From Chrysomallon squamiferum (taxonomy: Eukaryota > Animalia > Mollusca): DNA of 64,000 nt. Both the position numbers and the translations under genes were made by a program. Under the pieces are notes generated by a model that made no database searches, had not been told where the DNA came from, and was given only the letters and a program-made list of their open reading frames with translations. Location: NCBI GenBank assembly GCA_012295275.1, contig CM022679.1, positions 16,740,001 to 16,804,000 of the forward strand. Direction: 5' to 3'. Positions 1-20,475 of this stretch are shown here, in pieces (within the stretch, counting starts at the first letter, position 1; every line of letters begins with the position of its first letter).

Positions 1-200
1 CTATATATCAGAGATCGTTAATTAGTGTAAACAGGGATTTGATTACTGTAAAAGATCACCTTTGAAAGCCGGTGTATAACTAACTGGTTACCCGAATGAA
101 CACAAATTTTAAGAAAGGCTCTAGTTAATGATACAATGTGGTCTGATCATTGTAAATAATAATAATAGTAATAATAATAATAATAATCATATTATTATAA

Positions 201-245
<45 letters not shown>

Positions 246-890
246 AATATAAAAATCGTCCTTGAAACCAATTCAAAATTGTTACCGGTTCAAAATTACC
301 TTCAAAAGCATTGTAAAGAAAACTTGTTATTAACTTGCTTGACGTGCTAATTAGTACTACGTAAGGATTTACTTAAGAAGTGGTCTATATGGTCAGTCTG
401 ATCACCATTCCAATTTTCAATTTCCTGACAGTTCCCAGTCTGCGACTAATCACTTTCTTACAGACATGTGATGGTATAGGTCACGTCTCTGTGGCCGCAC
501 CTATTGTTATATATTACTGAAGCAGTCAAGGATAGCAAACGATGAAACAATAGGGGATTCCAGAATAGTTAATTTCCCAAAAGACCAACAATGAACTTAT
601 AACATTTCATAGTCCAACAAAATAGTTTACGGAATCAGCGTGTTCTATTGGAGTTTTCATATCTATGAATTTAAAAATGATGGGATGACTGCTGTTTTGA
701 ATGTACATATAACACCATGTAAGCTGCGACATATTTAAAAACAGGTTTGGATTCTGAGTATGTGTTCACTTTAATGACAATAGCGATTGAATTGTTCAGC
801 CGTATGACTTAATCCCTTAATAATCCCTCCAGACTGCGGGCCCAGTGAGGTTAACCCGATGTGTACGAAATACGAAAAAAAGTCACTTAC

Positions 891-5100
<4,210 letters not shown>

Positions 5101-5518
5101 GACAGCCAATGAAAAGGCAGCTGAAGAATGGTCACGTGTTGTGTCGTGTGTTCCTTTCTTAAATGCTGGCTAATTAACGAACTGTAGTCAGAGACGACAG
5201 GCTATCTGAAAATATAAAATGAACCTATAATTAACCTGTCACACAAATATTTAGATAAGTCACCTAATAGATAGCTGTCAGACCTCAAAATAAATAAATA
5301 AATAAACAATTATACATATATTATAATGTCTTGGTATGTCATTATTTTGACAATGAGTGTGTGACATCTTCTATTTTTCATTTTCTTCGTAAAATCATAT
5401 TGTATAATTAAATAAATATTACAAATCACGGACAGTAAAAAGCATACAGAAAAAAAGATAACTAAAAAACTCCAAAAACACCCGATTTGAAAGTAACAAC
5501 AACAACAACAACAACAAC

Positions 5519-5575
<57 letters not shown>

Positions 5576-7402
5576 CAGATAAAAAGAATCATGTTCAGTC
5601 ATATCAGTTATTTGACAAACATACTGTGAAATATATAGTACAAATCCTTTATTTTTGTTTGTTTTAATTATATAATTCAGGAACCTAATAATGTATCTGC
5701 TCTGACTAAAATAACCTCTGTATCTGTTGTATTTTACGTTTTATGGAGGTAACATAGATCTTTGATATCAACCAGTTTTCTTTCATTCGCTTTAAAACTA
5801 ACTTATTTAAGTGAAATAAGAGATATGAAGCTAATGTAGTTATTGTTTAATTCTACTGATGTTTTCTGGATTTAAATGATTTATGTTCGGTTCAAGTTAA
5901 TATGCAGAAATAATGAAGAGAATACGCAGTGCAGGTGTAATGATGATGGACAGGGGCGGTTCCACATTGTCAGAACAAAGAAGGTGGCTGTTACTTTGAA
6001 GATGAAGTGAGTTTTAGTTTCAAATTAAATAATAATGTTATAAACATTAAAGTTAAATTTTCCGTAATAATTGCTCTTTTACTTTTTATTATATTCTGTT
6101 TGTTTGTATTTTTTGTTTGTTTGTTGTTTTGACCAAATTCATAACTACTTTGTGAAAATAATTTAAAATAAAAAATATAATATAATATAATATAATATAA
6201 TATAATAAAATATAAAAGCTCATTGGTTCAAAATCAACTCAACTTTTGATCCAGTCGAATCATTTTAAAAGGCATGTTTAAGAAAAAGAAGTTTAGAGAA
6301 AACATTCTTAACAGAAATGAGAGAACGATGAAATAACGTAAGTATACAGAAAACAAGAATGGTCATATAAATAGCGGGCACTGAACATTAGGTAGATCAA
6401 TTAAAAGATAAATTATTTTATTGCTGTTCTTTGATATTGTGTTTTTTCTTCTTCTATAAACTATATTCATTTTATCGGTCATCTCTGTGAAAAAAAATGT
6501 TGTTTGGAAAAGTAGAGATAAAATTTAACATAGCCACATATGATCATTCCTTTAGTCATAAATGTTAATGAATGAAAACTGTTTTGCTCGGCGTGTATTG
6601 ATCGGCAACAAAGCATAGAAAATGTAAATAAATAAATAAATATTACTTTCTTTTTAGATCTGATAGTGTATCTTCTCTGGAATGTTATGTAAACTCTAGT
6701 TTAGTCTAAAATGTTGTAAACATTGTCCCGAACTCCGAGTCGTAATGACCCGAGCGTAATAAAGTTATGTTGTTCGTGCAAATGTTAGATATCAAGAGTA
6801 GTTATCTATATCACGTTAGTAATATTCGTCCCTATCAGCGTTGTAAATGCAGCTTCTCTCTTTTTCCTCTCTCTCTCTGCACAGACAATAGCAGTTAGAC
6901 TTTCAACTAAAGGTGTATCATTTCTGAGTGAGTGTTTTACTTTTTATGTAATTATAGGCTGTCAGTTGAAATATAGTATAAGAAGCAAACACAATCACTG
7001 TTTATTTTTAAACCGAATTCTAAAATTACGGATTTAAGTCAATTCTAAAATAGGTTATATGCAGTAATCTATTTTTATTCTTCTTTTTTTAAAAATGAAT
7101 ACACAATATTAAATGTCTTATAATCTAAATAAAGTATGTTCAAGATATTTTTTCGTTTTCTTTCTCTTTTTTTCTTATTTTCCTTTTTGTTTGTGATCGT
7201 ATTGATAGTTTTAATGAGTGAAGCAGAACAAGTAGAACATCCATACTTGTAATATATAACAGCACATTAAAATATATAAATAAGTTAATTTTGAGGAAAG
7301 TTTTTTTCAACTTATTACCTTGTTCCTCATTCCTTAATAAATAGATGAGGTCCCGAGTCATGTAAATTCAAATATTTATTATTATTGCTATTATTATAAT
7401 TG

Positions 7403-7483
<81 letters not shown>

Positions 7484-10400
7484 GTTGTTGTTGCTGCTGC
7501 TGCTGCTATTGCTGTTGTGTTGGTGATGGTAGTGATGTGATGATGCCGGTGTTGCTTCTACTAATGTTTTTTTAAATGTGAACTGTAAGCCGTCCAATAA
7601 GCAACGAGTTCTCGTTTCTTGATCACCTTACCTGTTTTTAATACCAACAAACTGAGTTTCCATGTTGTGAAATGAGAAATTAGTTTCTTGTTTCTTTGTT
7701 ACGAAGTGTCAACACTCTATCGATACGATACAGTCACTAATTGGATTATTATACTCATCTGCCTCCGCGTCCACGATTAAACAGATAGGTTTCTTTATCT
7801 GGAAAGTCTTCATTTTTTATTTGTCACAGTCAACATAAGTCTATCGATAAACTGAAATGTCTGGAGTATGTACAGGCTATACCTGAAAAATGCAATCTGA
7901 TACGTTTTTAGCTACAATGAATGTCATTTCATATATGGTATACACATTTATATATATATATATTTTTTTTTTAATTTTTTTTTTTGTCGCTTAAAATTAA
8001 TTTCATCATCATGAAATTTTGTTTATTACAATTAAGGCGGCCAAACGATCCAGATCAGTGCATGATATATTTTAATTTTTATTGTAGATTTCTTTTCTTT
8101 CATAGTTGTCAAAGTTCTAATGCATACTGAATCTGTCTGATCACTCGAAGTTTGCTTTCATCTACACGAGAAATGTTGTTCTGTAAAAGAAAAACATATA
8201 ATTTTTTTTTATTTTTTATATCACTACATTTAGAATCCAACTCATTACACTGATAGAGAAAAAGCGAAACAAGGAGACACACCTAACTTTTACTACTTAC
8301 ACAGATCAAACAAAATTAAATATTGTAAGATAACTGATAATCTATAAAGTAATAACGCGTGTAACAAATAGCTGGAACTGAGGAGGTTACTTGGCTGCAA
8401 GCCATGCGTGAAGCAGTTTTAACGGAAACTAGTATTCAGTGTCTGTGCAGTAGCATCTGACCAAACAGAAAAGGAACATAATACGAGGTAAAGGAAATAG
8501 TTTCTAGAAATACAGAGGTTCAGAAGAGAAGAAAATGAAATTTTCATTTTACCAAATTCTAACAGCAATAAGAAATTAATTAATTGTATCGCTTATTGGT
8601 GACGATCTGATTATCATGTTAGCATTGATATTGTTGTTGTTGCTGTTGTTGTTTACTTACATAACTAAACATTAAAGTACACGTCTCACTTTAGTATGTA
8701 TCTGAAGACTTACCTCTCTTTTATTTGTTATTGATAATCATTCTGACTCATAAGACACACAATTATTTGGTCTCAGTATTCGTTTAAAATAAAACTGTAA
8801 AACAAAATCTAAATCAAAACAGCGTCGTGGGAAATTAGGACGACTTGAGTATCTAGTCGCAATCAACTTCGGACTCGTTGACTTTCGAGAAATAATTCTT
8901 TGTGATTATAGCTTGCTTTTCAAAATGGTTAATGTTCACAGAAGCAGGAAATTAGTGGTGCTGTCTAACACTGAATCCATCGTGCTGATCATGTCGCAGA
9001 GAACTGTAGAATGCCGGGAAATGAAAAGACATTATCTATTGTCTTTCCGCTATTAAGACGGAAGACGATATATTTTTTTTTTTTAAAAAGGAAGAAAAAT
9101 TATGACTGTATATTAAGATATACAGAGCAGTAAAAAAGATAGAAAAAAGTAATAAACGTGTTCAGATTTGATGAAAATTTTAATGTTGATCGTAAAGAAG
9201 AAAAATATATTTTAGCCGACGATTTTAATGATACACGAAAAGTGCTCTGAATATTTTACATTTTATCTTTTGGAAGAAAGTGCAGTTACAACATTACTGT
9301 TTAGTCATGAGCTGTACATGCAGTAATAAATAAAGAAAGAGAAAAAAGAAACAAACAAACAATGAAAGAAAAGAAGAAGATATTTTAAAAAAATATAAGA
9401 AAAATAATAGAATACTCTACAGATGATGCTTAGTTTATTGAATGTAAATGATAAACGAACACTTTTCAATATCAAATTTCAAAAATATTTTGTGTTTTTA
9501 TACATAACAAATTTATGATGAGGATTGTTATGCCATGTTGACATGAAACGTGGAATTGTCGAATCAGTGACACTGTCATTCAAGGTTAAGCGTCGTGCAA
9601 AATAAAGGAGTGTTTAGAAACCACATATAGAGCTTTTAATTGTAGCTCTACATACTCTGGCGCCTTTAAAAGCCGCCGCTCGGTGAGAAAAACACGGTAA
9701 ATTGACTTAGCGATGCTAAACATTTCTTTCTAATCCCCTAACTGACCAAGTATCGTCACAAAGAAAGAGTGTATAATGGACTTAACGATGGATTGAGCCT
9801 CACGTATAACAGAAAAGAGAGAATGAGACAAATTGAGTTTGGGAATATCGAGAAGAATAAGAATAAATGAGTTCTCAGTTAAGGGCGTGTTAGTATTGAC
9901 TGGGGAAACTTAGGAAATTAAAATGATTTAATCTGCATGTGATAAAATTGTTAACGCAAACCGAAATCTTTGATCATATTTACGAATAACTTACACGGAG
10001 CATTCGTTTTCGTTTTAGGAATTTCCTTCAGATTGATTTCCATGTAGCATTCATTTTTCTCTTTACGAATAGCATTTGGTTGATTTCAATTTAACATTTA
10101 TTTTCGCTTTACGTGTACATCCACTGGACATTAATTTTCGCTTACGGTCAGTTTTACGTTCGAATTCCAGGAAACTATTATTTAGCATTCAGTTCAAAAA
10201 GCATCAGCTTGTGGGGACACGTGGTTAACGGAGTAGAGGGTTTTATTTGTCAAGGAATTTAGATAGATTTTTTTTTAAAATGAAAGAAAGAAAAAAGCCA
10301 CAAAACCATAAGTACCAATTTTGTTATACATTGTCAAATTTTCTTTAGTCCTTTGTGAATATTCTAGTGTATTATAGTAACATAGCTGTTCTGTGTAAGT

Positions 10401-11504
10401 GTGCAAATGATTGTTTTAAAAAAGAAATAAGAATTAGACACTTAAAACAACAGTGAATTAGAACTATTCTTTTTTTAAACAGTCATTTTTTTAAAATTAT
10501 CTCTATTTTTCTTTTCTTTCTTTCTTTATTTCTTTATTAATTTATTTTTTTATTTTTATTTTTATTATTATTATTATTATTTTGTTGTTGTTGGTGTTGT
10601 TTTCAATATCGTTGCAATGAAAATTTTCATTTCTGTCTGTAGCTGATCAGTAAAGAAGGATTATAAATAGAGAAACCAGCAAGACTCATCACTTTTACAA
10701 GTACAGAGACCACACAGAAATATTGTGTTCAAGAATAAAATATCTGTAGTAGTTAAAGGGTCAGTTGTCCTCTTTCTCAGATTTCTGTTTAAAAATTTCG
10801 CTAATCATGTACTTCGCAATACTGGTCATATTGATCTTGTTGCGCGCTCACAGACTGATACAGCTAGGCTGTTTAATTTCCGTGAAAACAGGGTGAGCGG
10901 ACTTTTCGCCAGTCGTCCGTTGTTGAATAATTTGCGCTTGGATAACACTGGATATCCGTTACTTTTTATTAGGATGGGTGAAATTAAAAAGGATAGTCTA
11001 GTTGCTGCAGTATCTCGTTAAACAGAGCACCGCATCTGTGTTTTGCAACTGAGGAATAACAATATCGAAGTGTTTGTAGGAAAATTCTACGAAATATTTG
11101 AGAAATAGTCACTTCGCTTGGTAGAAAAACACTGAACATGGAAAACTAATTGTCAAATCATCAAACGAAATTCGAAATTTACTATACACCGCGGCTTTTT
11201 TGTTGTTATGATTTTATTACCCAGTATTAAATACTGATTAATTTCAATACCTCACACACCAAAAAATTCATTTACAAATACATGTAGATATTGTTACGTG
11301 TAGAAATAGACAAGTAAGATGAAATGTCGAAAACGGAAATAACAAATTGTTTTCCTATACTTCCAGTGATCAGAGTGTAACTGCCGAATTTTTCGTTTTA
11401 AAAATCACTTAGCAATACTGAATATTTTATTTATTTATTTATTTATTTATTTATTCATTCATTCATTCAATTATTTATTTATTTATTTATTCATTCATTC
11501 ATTC

Positions 11505-11537
<33 letters not shown>

Positions 11538-14500
11538 TATTCAGTTTTTTCTTTTCTAAATTTACTGTACTGATATAAGCACTTCATAATTTGCACCGTC
11601 TTCAAAGAAAAGAAAAAAGTGTTTGATGTTGTTATCACGTTTATACAGTGAGCTGTCTCAGTTAAATGAATCACTGCGCGACGTCATTGTGACGCTGTTT
11701 CCCACGTGATGCTTCTCTCATTTCACATCTAATCGGAAGTGTCGAGAGAGAACTTTTAACCTTCGTGTGACATCCCAAAACTTTGTCCTGTCAGATTTCT
11801 CTGAGATACTGACGAACCATGTCACATTCGTCATGAGTTATTTTCCAAAGATTCTTTGGTGTCTTTTTTTGAAGCTGAGATAACCTGTGTATATTTATAC
11901 AAACGTCTCAGCATTTCAGTGATATAGCTGTGTCCAGTGGATGTAATAGTAATAAAACATTTTGTAAATTTATAAATGAATTCATTGATCTATAAACACA
12001 CACACAAATACATTTATATATATCAATAGACACGCATAATAATGCACAGATTTATTTTTTATTTCTGTTTTTATTTTCTAAACTAAAATATAACCAGCTG
12101 ATTTTAAGGGTTACAGCCATGCATCATAGAGATAAAATGCGTTTTAAATAAACATCATATTATTGTTAATAACTACTGCACAGATGAAGAAAGATGTTCA
12201 TCTAAATGACATTGCAGCTGTTCGATATCAGAGTCGGCCCTCATACAAAATATATAGTAACAGATTTAACTTGTTAGATGGTGCAACATCAAAAGTATAA
12301 CATAAGTAAGATTATTTGTTATATACCACAGACACATACAGTAATACATACAAGTATAATCTTTCACAAACACGAAAATAACTGAGCATGAAAACAGAAA
12401 ATTAAGACATCTCTGGGGATGTCGCATGCGCTCGAGAAGAGACTTAAGAAAACTCATCTGGAACAGAATTAGCAAAGAAATAAAGAAAACAACATCTGCA
12501 GAGGGACCTTGTTCTCTTGCATACAAGAATCTTGATCGTCGAACTACAAAAATATTTACAGAAGCCTCGCTAACTTTAATTGAATTTTAAATATGTTGTA
12601 TCCCACCAAAGTACTGACATTAGAACATCTGTTTACAGTTCGTGACATTCGTGAAAACAAGTATAAAGATTAATATCTATTGATATTTTTTTTATTATTC
12701 AGTTATGTATCAGAGCCCATTTACAGACTGGTTCATTCATAATGAAATAAACTTGGTGAAGTATCAATGGGCTTTCGTAACTGACTTGTTTAATTGGTCT
12801 TTGCCGACAAAGGGAACATACTGCTAAAACTGCTTCCGCTTCCTGTTTCCGATCCCTTAATGAGACTAGTGCAAATGCATAAGGGAAATTAATAAAACAT
12901 AAAATAAATGAATAGAAAAGAATTTTGATTTATCTTGTGATAAAAATTCTAATATTATTAAAGCTTTAACAAAATTTTCACTCTAAATGTAATTAATGTT
13001 TGTGACTAACTATGATAACAAAGAAACAAAACAAACCCAAAACAATATCAGTTTGACCTAAAAAGAAGAAGAAATTATTATTATAGTATTTTTTCACTGT
13101 AAATATCACCATTATTTATTTAAAATTGTTTATTCAGTGTACATGAACTTGGGAGGAACAAAGATGACATGTTATTTGTTTAAGAGTACAGACGTGTTAC
13201 TGAAAGCAAAAAGACGCCAATGTTTTCACCGCATTATCATCAAGTGAATAGTAAAACAACTTTGACAAATACATATTATGGACCCTTTTTATTAGAATAA
13301 TTATTTTAAAATATCTAAAACAGACAAATTTCTCTAATATTTCCACGTTCGTCCTATAGTACAGTCAGGGCCATCTTGTCTTGATAAGAAGAGGTTTTAA
13401 AAAAATATATCTTTTCCAGCAAACAAGGGAGAATAATTAAAAGATACTGTAAATATAAAAACCTTCCTTTATATATATTTTTATTATACATTAAATTATA
13501 CATGAATGTATATAAAAAGTACTCAGTATATATTATTACACATTATGTTCTAAACCTATCAGTATTTGACTCGTCTGATGTTTAAAATACATTTCAGTAC
13601 AGCATCTGGCTCACTGCACTGTTATATAATTTGGTAACCGGACGTTATTCGCAGTGGACACAGTGGCATAAGGAAACGTAACGAATTCCTATCAACGTGA
13701 TTTTCTTTTACGCAGTACGTTAAACTGCATAACTTGTAGTGATTACAGAAATCACTTGATGTACTCTGAAACGTAACTGCCGAACGCCCTTTTAATTCAG
13801 TTTGGCATTGCCATGTGGCCATTTAATAAAATAAAATTAGAACGAAAACACAAATCCATTACAGATTAACATGGTAAGTGGCACATGTTCGATTATCTAT
13901 ATCAGGGTCGCAGAGAACGCATAAACGTGTTTATGAGATCCTTTCTGTTCCAGCCGAAAGTTAGAATTCGAATTTGCAGTATAACATCTTTTTAAAACAA
14001 TGGCGTTACTGCAGCAGGAAACAGCTTGGGTGTCCAGAGTTTTAAATTCTAAAGCATATTTTTATACCATTTTTATGACTGTAATTAGACTGCAGCTTTA
14101 TTAATAACAGTTTTATAATTATATATAATATTTACATACAGATGGATAGATAGATAGATAGATAGATAGATAAATACGCAGCGAGATAAAGAAAGATAAA
14201 AACATAATCCAACGATGTTGTAACCAATTCTGAAAGATCACTGAGTCTTTTTTTCATGCAGTCAATTTAATTATACTGAGCACTGTATTATTTACCATTT
14301 TAAATCCACTCATCATTCATTCTCACCGTCGAAGCCTCGTCTTTTGCTTCTTCGTTATTTTACCATCTCATTCAACTTTATTTTTTACTCTTCCTAAAAA
14401 CAAACACGGTATCATTATAGCGCATAATAATTTTCAAGACGAAATGAATTTCATAATACAGAAAAAACTATCGGTGTCCTAAAATATCGTGGATATTAAC

Positions 14501-17500
14501 ACTCTTATTCTTTTTTTAGTCTTGAACAGGATCTGTGTTATGAGGTGACTGTAATATAAAATATGGGTTCAGTAAAGCTCATGTTTTATTTGATACCAAG
14601 ACATGTTAATTGCAGTTGGTTACAGTGAATCTCTATAAGAAACAACTGTGATTGAACATAATCTGTCAGATGAAGAGATTAGCGTAATAATGACTGTCAG
14701 TAATCGCAAACCAGAGTCACAGGCACAGTATCACTGAAGAAAAAAGAGTAATTCTAACAGTGTGAACTAATGATTGCACAGAGAGAAGCCTCCAAAAAGT
14801 AATAACTAGTTATTCGTTTGATGTGAGTAGATAGCAGGAAATAGGGTTGAGTAAATCAGAGGTTTAATATAAAAACGAACCATTCCCATACATAATGTAG
14901 ATCACACAGATGTACACAGAATTAAAACTGACTGTTCCCAGGTTTGTTAAAAAGAGTACAGACAGGTCAAAAATCAAATGGAAATTCTACTCATCACGTA
15001 TAAAAAATTGGAACACTATGGAGTTTAAAAAGACAGAAGTACAAAACATCAGACCTAAAAAGACCAGAGGACTATAATGCATCATGTGCTTTGTAGAAAA
15101 TTAGGTTCGTATCTATTTAGTGTGTTTAGTACATCACTGTTCGTATTGCTTAAAGCATCTTCATGTTTGCGCACAAAGCAAACAGACAAAACTCTAATAT
15201 TCTCCAAAACAGAAGTTATGTTTTAATTTAGGAGTGTTGAAAACATGTCTGGTTTTATTTTTTAATATTTATTTATTTATTTATTGTTTGTTTGTTTGTT
15301 TTTATTATTATTATTATTTTTTTATTTATTTCGTACTAAGAGCAAATTTTGTTCAGAAGAGACGTCTTTTTTTATAATAAATGTGCATCGTCTTTGTTCC
15401 TTACAAAACTACATCTTTAGTTACGTCTTACCTCAATCAGAGAAAGATAATATGTCACTGATTCTGTTTATATTTGTATTTTTGTGATAATATCTGATTT
15501 AATATGTATAAAGCTGTTCATGTATTTTCTAAGATAGCAAACCGATACTGTCTTAGCTTTATCTCTCGATAATGTCAAATCTGCTTTAAAAACAGTTAAC
15601 CCTATCACTTTAAAATGGTTTTGTCAATGTATGCATCTTAAAGCGCCCCATTAGTGTTACGAAAAAAGGCTTAAATACGATATGCACACAGTCAGTTCAT
15701 TATTTTTATATACGAAACTTTGCTAATAATATAAACTATGATAAAAGAAAACTTGCATGTAGGCTGACGTCTTATTTTTTGATGATATGTCGTTCATAGA
15801 AGGGCAATCAGTATATATAATGATTTTAAAAAACCAACAGCCTTTCTTAGCAAAAAATGGCATTTAAAAAAGGAGTTCAAACTCTAAGCATTGTCATGAA
15901 CTTGTTATTTCACGACCTATGTTATTATTAACAATCACTGGTCACAAGGTACACATTAAACATTATCTCTAAAGTGTGCACTGGTAGTGAGAACAACTGC
16001 AAATACCATTAACAGTACACTTTAAATATAAAACATAAGTGGCTTGCGATGTAAAGGTAATCATGAAATAGTGTTAAACGTTTTATGATTTCTAAAGATA
16101 TGCATAAATATGAGAAACAGAATTTTGAAATATAGTGTCCGTTTTTCTTAATAAATTCTTTAAAAGGTTAATGAAGTAAAATCTTTTCATCCTTTTTATT
16201 TTCAAGAATCTTACAAGAAGCCATTCGTTTGTACAACCAGCTGAGAGAATTTTATCGTTTCTGTGTCGCAGAGCTTCAATCTCATTAATCATTTTTAAGT
16301 ATTTTAAGTATATTCTTACCGCAAAACGTTAGATTTCCATCTTTATTTTAGTAAGATTTTATCCTAAAGTGTGCTGTAATTATACCAATCAGGTTTATAT
16401 TTAATTTGAGAGATATTAAAATGTACGTTGGAGAGAGGGACAAATAGTTTAAATATATTCTGTACACTTATAAGTTGGTCATTATTATTATTATTATTAT
16501 TATTTTTATTTTTATTATTATTATAACCTTCCAATGTTAATTAATAACGTTGTCAACAATAAAAGGGTACAGTTTAAAAATATCTGGGCACTTCTACGAT
16601 TTTTAACTCATGACGTCATCGCCTATTTCAAAGTTTCTTCTAGCGTAACGCAAGAAAAATACAGCTATAGCTCTGCCGCACAGACTATGACGTCACAACT
16701 TCAGTTAAAAGGTGGCAACGTTCAAATGGATGTCAGTATTATAATATTTTGTTATGAACTATCAAAGATCGCCCCAAAACACTGAAATAACCTCTCTGAA
16801 GTAGGAAGAATAGTAATAGTAGTAACAGGCTGTTAGTTTGTCTTAATTTCTAAAGCAATTATTCTCCTATGAGAAAACTTGCAATATTTGTCCGTAGTAG
16901 AAAGCTATCTTAAAAAAAAAAAAAAAAAAAATTGTTTTAATAATCAGAGATGCTGATATTTTCAAGTTGATTTATACCAAACAACACAGAATATGTGTAC
17001 TGGTAGAACTTTATCGTAATAATAAATATTCTATGTGCTAGAATTCCACCACAACTTTAATAAATAAATAAATAATAACAAATATATTCCACTCATCGTG
17101 ATTATTAAAAAGAAAGTAAACAGATCTAATGTTATGAAATTGTGAGAGAAAACAAATTAACTGACTGACACACAATATTTCATAGTTAGTGAGCTAGTGC
17201 TGTTTGTCTTTTTCTTTTTTCTTAATTTACTATTATTCAAACCATCACAGCCATTACCGTTACTATGTTTCTACATAAACTTTACTACTGAATTTACTGT
17301 CATATTAATACTTACAGCACTACCAGTAATTGTACTTCTATTGTTTTCATTACAGAACTATTTACTACAACTTATATCGGAGATAAAAAGACACCACGCA
17401 TTTTTTTTTTTTTTTTTTATTAACTGGCCAGCGAATCCATAGAATTTCGAACACTAATGGAGTTTTCAGTGTATTTTAATGACTAAAGGTAGAAACACAA

Positions 17501-18214
17501 ATAACAAGAATGGTAATGGTTATGTTGTAAATCAATGAAAATATTCATATCAAATGCAGAACAAAATCCCCGCGTCTTATTTCAAAAATGCCTAGAATGT
17601 TTTTGCGCATGTATAAAATGATGGAAACTGAAGAGGGTCAGTTTGAGCCTGCTTCAATCAGAAAAGTGTCATAAATTGTCTTATAAATACGTTATTTGTG
17701 TGAGTTAAAAACTCTAGAGGTGAAAGGACCAGCGGCAATTAGTCACGTGTAATCTGTGGGTTCTGGTGTACAAACATCACTATGGTGGAGATGTCCAGTT
17801 TAGAGGCCTTATAACGTTTATTCTGTGCAGATGAGAGGGGAAAGAAGTAACAGTACAAAATATGTTAAATTGCATTATATTATTATCTGGGGAATAATAA
17901 TAATAATAATAATAATAAACATACATTAATAAGCATTCCTTAGAATTTAAATAATAATAACATTGACAATAACAACAACAACGATAATAACGACGAAGGT
18001 GATAAATAAACGAGTTAATAAATGAATAAACAAACAAACAAACAGACAAATAAATAAATAAATTTATGGCAATATTAAGTGATATTAGATCTTTAAACAG
18101 TAAAACAAGTACACTTAACAAATTAATCACAGTAATTTATAACAGCAGTACGTAAGTTTTTGGAAGACACAGAAAAACAGTAACGAACTGTACCTCACAG
18201 ACTAACGTTTGTTT

Positions 18215-18395
18215 CAAAACCATACAGATGAGGAAAACCGCTGTCTACTCTTTTTAGATTAGCAGTAAGTCGTCAGTCACATAAACCTTCTCACAAACAG
18301 CTACTTTGATAAACCAGTTGTAGGAAGGGAAATGGCTCTGAGTGGGACTGATCTTTCGACTGTCATATCTAAGTCACGTGTTCTAACTAGGCACC
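18215..18395. mobile_element. Degenerate SINE fragment (Nin-domain-like mollusc SINE)
   Basis: gaggaaaaccgctg..ctactctttttagattagcagtaag..ctttgataaaccagttgtagga..gggactgatc resembles the core of a tRNA-derived mollusc SINE as I recall it; not database-checked. Confidence 0.45.
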
Positions 18396-20440
18396 GCTCA
18401 TTCAGTGTTATGACTGACATTACCTAAGAACTGACAAAAATAGCAGACTGAATATCGGTCGTTATCTCCACTGAGAATAATCAGGCAAAACCCCACTGTT
18501 ACAAAACAACTCCCAAAATAAAACAAAGAAGATTATGTACAATCCAGCCAGACTGGAACAAATCTCTTGTTTGATTCTGTCCTTCAATTATTAATTTTTT
18601 ATAAAATTGTTAACCAGTTTTTGCTACATATTACTGTATGTGTGAAAACCCTTGTGCTTCATAAATGTACGTTTCTTTGGAAAGTCTTGATTTAAAGACC
18701 AGTATAACACACACGCACACATAAACACACGCACAGACACACACACACACACACGAACATATCCAAACATTTTGTATCAGTCATTTGTTTGGCTATCCAT
18801 AACTTCATTAGTGTAAAATGGTTACTTTAGACTGTTTCTCGCTAGCTGCATTATCAGTGATGAAACTGAAAATACGAAATCGAAATTTCTTCTAATGATA
18901 TTTAATTATAGAACGTAAAAGCATAAAGTAAACGTAGACGACTAACATGCATAGTTTTTTGCTTTAGAAATATAATTCATAGATTTATAATAGGTAGTGT
19001 AAAAAGAGTTTTAAAAACAGAAAGATCACTTTTTGTTTTCAGAACGTTATATAATGTTTTGTTTACTCTCCATACAAACTTTATTATGTTTTAGAATACC
19101 CTGATTTTATGCTATCGAAGGGGAGACAGTGTTTGCCTAAGAACTGAACAATCTAATTTAATTTTGATACGATAAAGTCGAAGTAAATCTACGCCTTTAA
19201 AGTAAACTTTGTTATTAAATTAGCATTATTTGTGTAAGAATATGTCTTCAACTACGCATGCGCTTGTTTATCAGAAAACAATAAGCTATTCATCGTAATT
19301 TAAAACGACTCGTTGTCGATAAACAGAATTCTCGTTTTCACTGTGAACTGACAGCATCTTCCTGTTAACTATTGCTTCTTGGTTAACTAGAACCCACGCA
19401 CAAAGGGTGAATTCTGGTTACGTGCAAAATCTGATAAGTAAGACAGAAATGCCCGTTAAAATATGATCGTACATATAAAATGTATAAATTGATTAACCAC
19501 TTTGAAAATGAAGCTTATAAACCTTCATTAATGTATTTTGTTCGCTAATACAGGACAGCATCACAATATGAGAATTTAGCTAGCTACTTTTGTTTTTTAT
19601 GTTAGTTAAAATAAGATGTCTAGATGACTGATGACTAAATAAGTATCACTGACCAAAAATGATCATTGTAACGTGATTACTTTTATATACTATTTACATC
19701 TACCAAACAGCAAAGGTTTTGAACAAACGATAACAACAACAATAATAATAATAAGTATATAATGCCTTTGATATTGTAACATTTAGTTGTATAAACGTAT
19801 TCGTTCTCTGCCTTTCTAACTTTATCTTTTTATATTATTTTCTTATTGTTAAAGAAAAAAGGTTTTGTTTTTATTTATTTTAAATGTTTATAATATTTTT
19901 CTTTTCTTTTCTTTTTTGTTAATGATTTTATTTCAGTATCTGGTCCTTGTTCTTCATTTCATTATTTTCTTTTGAGAATTTTGTATTATTAAATTCCACC
20001 CACAAATGAGGCGATCTTTGATCGTGCTTTTCTTTAGTGCTTCTAGTAAACAAATTAATCCACTTATTAAATTGCGATAATATAATTTCCATAATGGCTT
20101 CTAGTGATGATAGTCGACGCAAATTCTTCAGTAACGTGTCCATGACTTCCAAATGCAACTCTGCGTGTTTTGACAAAAATATGATTCTGCATTGAATATA
20201 CATCTTATCATCAGTGTAGTTAGTACGGCGATGTTTCGACAGGAAACTCAGAAACCACATTATCCTTCTCGTCTCACCGGACAGCAGATGTCAGTCGGTT
20301 ATGTTTGTCATTAGTGGTGAGATGCTATGAATCCGCATATGTGACTTGATGATTACAAATGATACATAGACAGAAATGCTAAACTCTTCAGAATTGAAAT
20401 GGCTAACTTTAGTCGTTTTGAATTATGCTGAATTTTCTTT

Positions 20441-20475
<35 letters not shown>

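Noticed and set aside
5101-5109. TTG start of the GPCR as given in the ORF track
   Set aside because: In a eukaryotic gene the in-frame ATG three codons later (5100) is the natural start.
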